Below, in pieces: positions 46,548 through 52,268 of a DNA stretch of 52,268 nucleotides. Within the stretch, counting starts at the first letter, position 1. Each line of letters starts with the position of its first letter. The position numbers and the translations under genes were made by a program. Origin of the DNA: Parvularia atlantis (taxonomy: Eukaryota); the NCBI GenBank assembly GCA_943704415.1, contig CALSCO010001213.1, forward strand, positions 1-52,268, written 5' to 3'. The notes under the pieces are model-generated. The model ran no database searches and was not told the origin of the DNA. It worked only from the letters and a program-made list of their open reading frames with translations.

Positions 46548-48584
46548 ATGCTCGGCGCGCTGCGGGCGCTCGAGGGCGGGCGGTGCGCGCGCGCCGTGCA
46601 ACGTACGTGGCGCCTGCTGACGCCGTGCTGCTGCTGCTGCTGCCGGTGCTGACGAGGGCGCGGCGGCAGGTGGCATCGCGGCGCGGCGCAGGCGCGACGA
46701 GGCGCGCGACACCGTCAGCACGGAGGAAGACCGCTTCGCCTTCGCGTCGTACGAGCAGGACGAGGTCCAGACGTTCGCGTGCGCGTTCAGCCACGGCGGT
46801 GCGACTTGCCGGCTTGCTGGCCGTGCTGCGGACGCGAGAGTGACGCGACACGCCAGCCGCCGGCAAGACGCTCGCCGTCGTGGACGAGGACGGGCGCCTG
46901 GCGCTGCTGGACCCGCGGCAGGGCGCGCGCGCCGAGCAGGGTGCGCGCTGCTCGGCGGTCGCATCGGCACGCGGCTGAGCAGTGCGTCGTGTGGACGCAG
47001 AGCGCGGCAGACGACAGTGGCGCGCGCACAACAACGCCGTCTTTGACGTCGCGTGGCGGCACGACGACCGGCGCATCGCCACGGCATCGGGCGACCAGGT
47101 GCGTGCTGCGTCCTTGCGCCGCTTACCCGCTGACGTGTATGTGCGACGCCAGACCGTCGCCGTGTGGGACGCGCACGAGGCGCGCCGCACGGCCGTGCTC
47201 AGCGGGCACCGCGGATCAGTCAAGAGCGTCGCGTGGCGCCCCGGCAACGACAACGTGCTCGTCTCGGCCTCGCGCGACGGCCTCGTGATGGTCTGGGACC
47301 TGCGCTGCTCAGGCATCACTGCGGCCGGCGCCGACCCGCACGGTGCGTGGCGTGCCATCTCAGCGCAAGATATTCACGCCGCTCATTCGCATAGGGTCGA
47401 GCCACCACCGTCCCGTGCGCACAATCCGCAACGCGCACGTCACCGCGCCGGCCGCTGTGCGCCGCAGCGCCAAAGGTCGCGCTGGGCCGGCGGCCACGGA
47501 CGTGTTGCAGAGCGTCACGGCGGCGCTGTTCCTGCGCGAGCACTGCATCGCGACCGCGGGCGCGTCGGACGGGCACGTCAAGCTGTGGGACCTGCGCGAC
47601 GTGCGCGTCAACGGGCACAACGCGCGGCCCGAGCCGCTCGCGGTGCACAGCACGGTCGGGCCGGACGGCACGACGCGGCGGGCGTACGGTGCGCGCCGCT
47701 TCTTGGTGCCCGCGGACGTGGCTCAGACTACGACGCAGGCATCTCGTCGCTCGCGCTCGACCCGCGCAGCGCATCGCTCGTCGCCAGCTGTATGAACGAC
47801 ACGCTCCAGATGTTCTCGCCCGGCGAGCCGCACCGCAGCGCGCCCGTCGCGACGTTCTCGGCGCCGGTGCGTCCCGCTCTCGCAGGGCGACCTGGGCGCG
47901 TCCGCTCACTCACGTACGCAGGGCTTCGTGAGCAAGTCGTTCTACCTGCGCGCGGCCGTGTCGGCCGACGGCGAGTTTGTGGCGTGCGGCTCCAAGGACT
48001 CGCGCATCTACGTCTGGCAGGTGCGTTGCGGCCGTGTGCGCGCGCTTGTGCTGACATCGCCGCGTTGCACCAGATTGACCAGCCGGCTGCCGCGCCGGTC
48101 GTGCTCGCCGGGCACGAGCTCGAGATCAATTGCGTCGCCTGGGATCCGACCAGCATCAACCGGGTGCGTCGCGCCGCCGCTTGCTGCCGCAGTCGCTCAT
48201 CTGCGAACACAGCTCGCCTCGTGCTCGGACGACGGCACCGTGCGCGTGTGGCACAGTGACCGCGCGCTCGCTGCCCGCCACCGCGAGCGCTCCGAACCCT
48301 TCTGGGGCGGTGTCGTCTCGGCGCCGAGCACGCCGCCGCGCCGGCCGTCGCCGCGCCAGCCGCTAGCCGAGCTCTCCGTCAGCAGCAACACGACCGCTAG
48401 CAGCGCGATCGCCTCGGCCGCGTCGTCACCCGCGTCCTCGCCGATCAAGCCGCGCTACGGCTACCCGCTCTCGCCGCCGGCGTCTTCGCCGCTCAAGCGC
48501 GCGCGGCCCGACGAGAACGAGGACGAGGACGACAAGGGCGCTGCTCGCGGCGGGTGTGCGAGAGGCATGTTCTCTGTCCGATGA
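46548..48584 (+). CDS. CDT2: Denticleless/Cdt2 WD40 substrate receptor of CRL4
   Basis: LAVVDEDG, WRAHNNAVFDVAW, ATASGDQ/T, GHRGSVKSV, SASRDG, QSVTA, ASDGHVKLWDLR, SFYLRA, ASCSDDGTVRVW. The 3' end is less certain. Confidence 0.9.
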
Positions 48585-48589
48585 GCGCG

Positions 48590-51306
48590 TCACAGGTTGG
48601 CCCGCGCGTTGGCGCTGTTGACGGCCTCAAAGTAGTGCCGGTAGATGTCGCCGTCGTGCCGGCCAAAGGGCGAGTTGAGCACGAGGTCGGGCGCGGCGAC
48701 GGCGTCGACAAGCGGCACGACGTCCTGCGCGCAGCCGTCAGCGACATGCGGCGTCGGGCGCCTCTTGCACACCTGCCGCACGGCCGCGCACAGCTGCACA
48801 AAGACCGCGTGCACCCAGTCGGCCTGCTCCGGGTTGACGTGGCCGGCCTGCAGGAGCGGTTCGAGCTGCTGTCGCACGGCGTTGACGCCGTTGAGACGGC
48901 ACAGCTGCTCATGCGTCAGCGGCAGCCTGCTCGGCCACGCCGAAGGCGCACCGGGAGCACGGCCGCGCGCAGGTCGTCTGGCATGCCCGCGAGTGCGTCG
49001 CAGAAGCGCTCAAAGTTGTACACGGCGCAGTGCGCGCGCACCATCTCGATCGTGCGCGCCTGGAGCGCCGCCTCGACGCTCTCCTTGGCCGCGCGCGCCG
49101 CCTCCATCGCCTGGTGCGCGCGCCGCACGTGGACGCCGGCGGCCGTGCCGAGCGCCGAGCGCAGCACCGCCAGATCCAGCAGCTCGTGCGGTGCGTTCGC
49201 GCTGCGTGCGCGGGTGAGCCCGCTAGCCTTGCTGAACCTTGACGCGGCCGCGCACCTGCACCGCGTCCGGCCGTCCGCCGCCGCAGCCTGCGCTAGGTAC
49301 GCCACGCCGCGCGGCTGCGGCTCGTGCTTGAGCGCGCCGCGGAAGCACTGTAGCAGGTAGCGCGCGGTCTGCAGCGACAGGATCGTGTTGTCGCCCTGAG
49401 CAGCCGCGCGGCGTCAACACAGGCACCGAGCGTGCTGCCGCGGCACACCTCCCACGAAAGGTTAACGCAAAAGTCCTCGTACAGGCTCGCCAGGCCCGCG
49501 TGCGACGAGTAGCCGTGCCCGCCGAGCGACTGCCGGCACTGCTCGACGATGTCGAGTGTCGCCCATCTGCGTCCCGCGCGGCGTGGGCACGCGCGAGCGA
49601 GCGACCACCGCGCACAGACGCACGTGCCGATGGCCTTGAGGCCGCTGCTTGTCGCGTGCATCTCCTTGAGCGCCTCGAGCACGGGCGCATCCTGCGCCGT
49701 GCCCTTGAGCTTGCCGAGGCGGTCCATCAGCTCGCGGTGCATGCGGCCCATCTCGCTCGCGACAAAGTGCATCGCGTACGCCTGCGCCAACATCGGCATG
49801 AGCTTGGTCTGGTGCGTGACGTAGTCCATAATCTGCACGGGCCCGTCAGCAGCAACAGCAGCCACTCGCAGCGGCGCCACTTTGTTCTCAGGCTGCCCCG
49901 GCTGCGACGCAAACTGGCGGCGCGTGACGGCGTAGCGCGTCGCGATCGTCACAGCCGTCTTGGCCGTCTCGCTGCACAGGTTAATGATCGAGACGCGCCC
50001 GAGGATGAGCGGGCCGTACGACAGCTGCGCGAGCTTGGGCTGCGCGCATCGATCAGTGCCTGCATGGCAGGCGGTCGCGCAAACGTGCACGCGCCGGTGT
50101 GACCTCGCCGCTGCGCGTGACCTGCGTGTGCTTCATGAGCATGTTGGTGCGCGGGATGCGCACGTGGTCAAACTGGATCCTGCGGCACACGCCGTGAGCA
50201 GGCGCATGCTCATCGGCAGTACGCGCGGCGTGCACCAGCCGTTGTCCACGTTGTTGCGGCCCTGAGCGCGTGTGTCAGCACATCTCATAGCGCGCACGAG
50301 CCGCCCGCACCATCTTGTGGCCGCAGTCGCCGATGGTGATGCCCGGCAGCGGCCGCATCGTCTTCATGTCACGCAGCTGCACCAGGAACGTCTTGACGCC
50401 GTGGTCGACGCCGTGCACGATCAGCCGCGCGTACAGCGCCTGGTATGCGCGCCGGCTCAGCGGTCAAACAGCAGACCACGAGGGCGCGCGACGTGCCGTG
50501 TGCGTCGCCGTGCTCGCCGCACCGCCGATCCACCACTTGGTCGCCTCGAGGGACGGCGTGTAGAGCACAAACTCGTCCGTGGCCGTGTCCAGCGTGGCCG
50601 TCGTGAGCAGGCCGGCGACGTTGCTGCCGTGTCTTCTCGTTCCCGTCAGCCTCAGCCGCCGCAGACGCAGCACCCGGGTACGCACCCAATCTCGGTCATG
50701 GCAAAGCACCCGCGCATCGGGCCCATGCGCAGCATGCCCTGCTCGACGCACCGGCGCCACAGCTCGGGCGTGCCCTGGCCCTGCACGGCGCCGACAAACA
50801 GCGCGTACTGTGCCGCGTCCCTCGTCAGCGCGATGCGCGCGGCCCCGCACGGATGCCGGCGCACGTGCACGGCCAGCTTCGTGCCCAGGCCCGGGTCCAG
50901 CGACGCGATCAGCGCGTTGAGCAGGCGCCGCTCGGTCGCGTCCTTGGCGCCGTTCAGCAGCTCAACGACGCGGTTGAGCTGCGTGCGCGGCGGCCGCCTC
51001 AGCACCGATCGGTGTGCCGTTGCGCTGTGCACGGCCCGTGCCTTGCCCACGCTGTCCGCGCGCACATCGCGCAGTGCGGCCTCGTACGGCATGCGCCGCC
51101 CAAAGTACTGATCGTGCGCCAACATCTCGACGAGGCGCGCCTTGGCCTGCGCGCGATGCACGTGCTCAGCTTTGTGCGATCGATGAACGCGGGCGCACGA
51201 CGCGCACCGCCGTCACGGCCGCGCCGCCGTCAAGGTGCTCGCGGAGGCGGGCGACGGGGACGCGGCCGCTCGCTTCCCGCCTCTCTGTATCCAGTGCGCT
51301 TGCCAT
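48590..51306 (-). CDS. Peroxisomal acyl-CoA oxidase, C-terminal ANL (PTS1-like)
   Basis: [97 protein letters not shown]. Confidence 0.96.
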
Positions 51307-51322
51307 TTGTATTGACACCGGG

Positions 51323-52174
51323 ATGGACACCGTGCTCCCACCTGAGTTGCTGCGCGAGCACCTGCTGCCGCGCCTGCCCCTCGCCGACCTGGCGCGGCTC
51401 GCGGCGACGTCGCGGACGATGTGCGCCATCGCGCTCGACTACGTGCGCACACGCGTGCGGCGGCTGGACGGCGCGGCGCACCCGATCAGCGCGGCGGCCT
51501 TTGCGCTGCGGCACGGCGCCATCCGCGAGCTGCGGCTCGGCGCGGGCGGCGAGCGGCTCGCGACGGCCATCTGCCGCCACACGCGCGCGAGAGAGATGCT
51601 GCAGCACCTGCGCCTGCTGGACGTGCGCGGGAGCAGCCTGGGCGACGTGTGGGCCGTCGCCGTGCTGCCGCTGATGCCGATCGGCTGCGAGCTCGACGCG
51701 GCGCTGTGCGGCGGGGTGTCGCACGCGACCGTCACGGCCGCGGCGCAGCTGGGCAGCGGCGTGGCCGTGCGCCGCCTGCCGGCCGAGTTTGCGCGGCGAT
51801 GGGTCTGCGTCCAGCACGCCGACATCCCCGCGGGCGAGGTGCACCACTACAAGGCCGACGGCACGTTCCAGTTCAGCCGCGCGGTCGAGTCGCGCGGGCA
51901 CGTGCTCTCGCTCACGCCCGCATCGTGGCCGCTCGGCGCGTACCGTCTACGTGTGCAGTACGCCATCGTGCCCGACTGGGTGCCCGCCAACACGGCCGTC
52001 AACGTCGGCGTGCTCGTGCACCCGCTCGGCGACGGGCGTATGCGCACGGCCCAGTCGATCGAGTTTGTGCTCGCGAGCGACCGCGTCTCCAACCCCTTCC
52101 CTGACGGTCTCCCCGACGCCGACACCCCGCACGTGCGCGTGGGCCTGTGGCGCGCCGAGGATGACCCGATGTAA
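51323..52174 (+). CDS. Intronless F-box-like protein with an unknown C-terminal domain
   Basis: MDTVLPPELLREHLLPRLPLADLARLAATSRTM fits the F-box consensus; followed by LRR-like IRELRLG and LRLLDVRG segments and a beta-rich tail. Confidence 0.65.
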   Translation: MDTVLPPELLREHLLPRLPLADLARLAATSRTMCAIALDYVRTRVRRLDGAAHPISAAAFALRHGAIRELRLGAGGERLATAICRHTRAREMLQHLRLLDVRGSSLGDVWAVAVLPLMPIGCELDAALCGGVSHATVTAAAQLGSGVAVRRLPAEFARRWVCVQHADIPAGEVHHYKADGTFQFSRAVESRGHVLSLTPASWPLGAYRLRVQYAIVPDWVPANTAVNVGVLVHPLGDGRMRTAQSIEFVLASDRVSNPFPDGLPDADTPHVRVGLWRAEDDPM

Positions 52175-52268
52175 AGAACGACGACAGAGAGGCCAGACAG
52201 ACAGAGACGTGCCGAGTGCGTGCGCGCGGGAGGGGTGGACGGAAGGGGCGGGGACGAAGCGCGGAGGG

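Noticed and set aside
20449..51306. Peroxisomal gene cluster (PEX39-like, thiolase, ACOX)
   Set aside because: Spread over 30 kb among unrelated genes; compatible with chance.
35..52132. Hundreds of long Arg/Ala/Pro-rich ORFs in the track (e.g. 35-1360, 23625-24947, 43396-44886)
   Set aside because: Shadow or antisense frames caused by the scarcity of stop codons at high GC; they overlap recognisable spliced genes.

Overview
Eukaryotic, very GC-rich, extremely compact genomic DNA: about 29 protein-coding genes, most interrupted by many short (~50-80 nt) spliceosomal introns (GTGCG donor, GCTGAC/GCTCAC branch point, YAG acceptor). Intergenic gaps are often only 5-120 bp. The AP-2 sigma and Trk sequences look fungal-like, while UFC1, CstF-50, Rab20, ASPDH and RFESD are genes I know as absent from yeasts, so I infer an early-branching fungus or related opisthokont protist. 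Most ORF-track entries are GC-rich shadow ORFs; all gene models were spliced by eye and homologies are from memory, not from searches. The standout is a lower-GC, nearly intronless ~1657-aa gene (9051-14144, minus) matching the SAMD9/SAMD9L antiviral STAND NTPase core motif by motif, with no visible SAM or AlbA_2 domain and a candidate HEPN-like effector in their place. Other highlights: a LIG6-type SNM1 nuclease-DNA ligase fusion (described as plant-specific), frequent GC-AG introns, same-strand genes spaced 16-48 bp apart, a divergent stand-alone ubiquitin-like protein, a Rab20-like GTPase lacking the switch-I threonine, and a Trk channel with a very long His-rich C-terminal tail.
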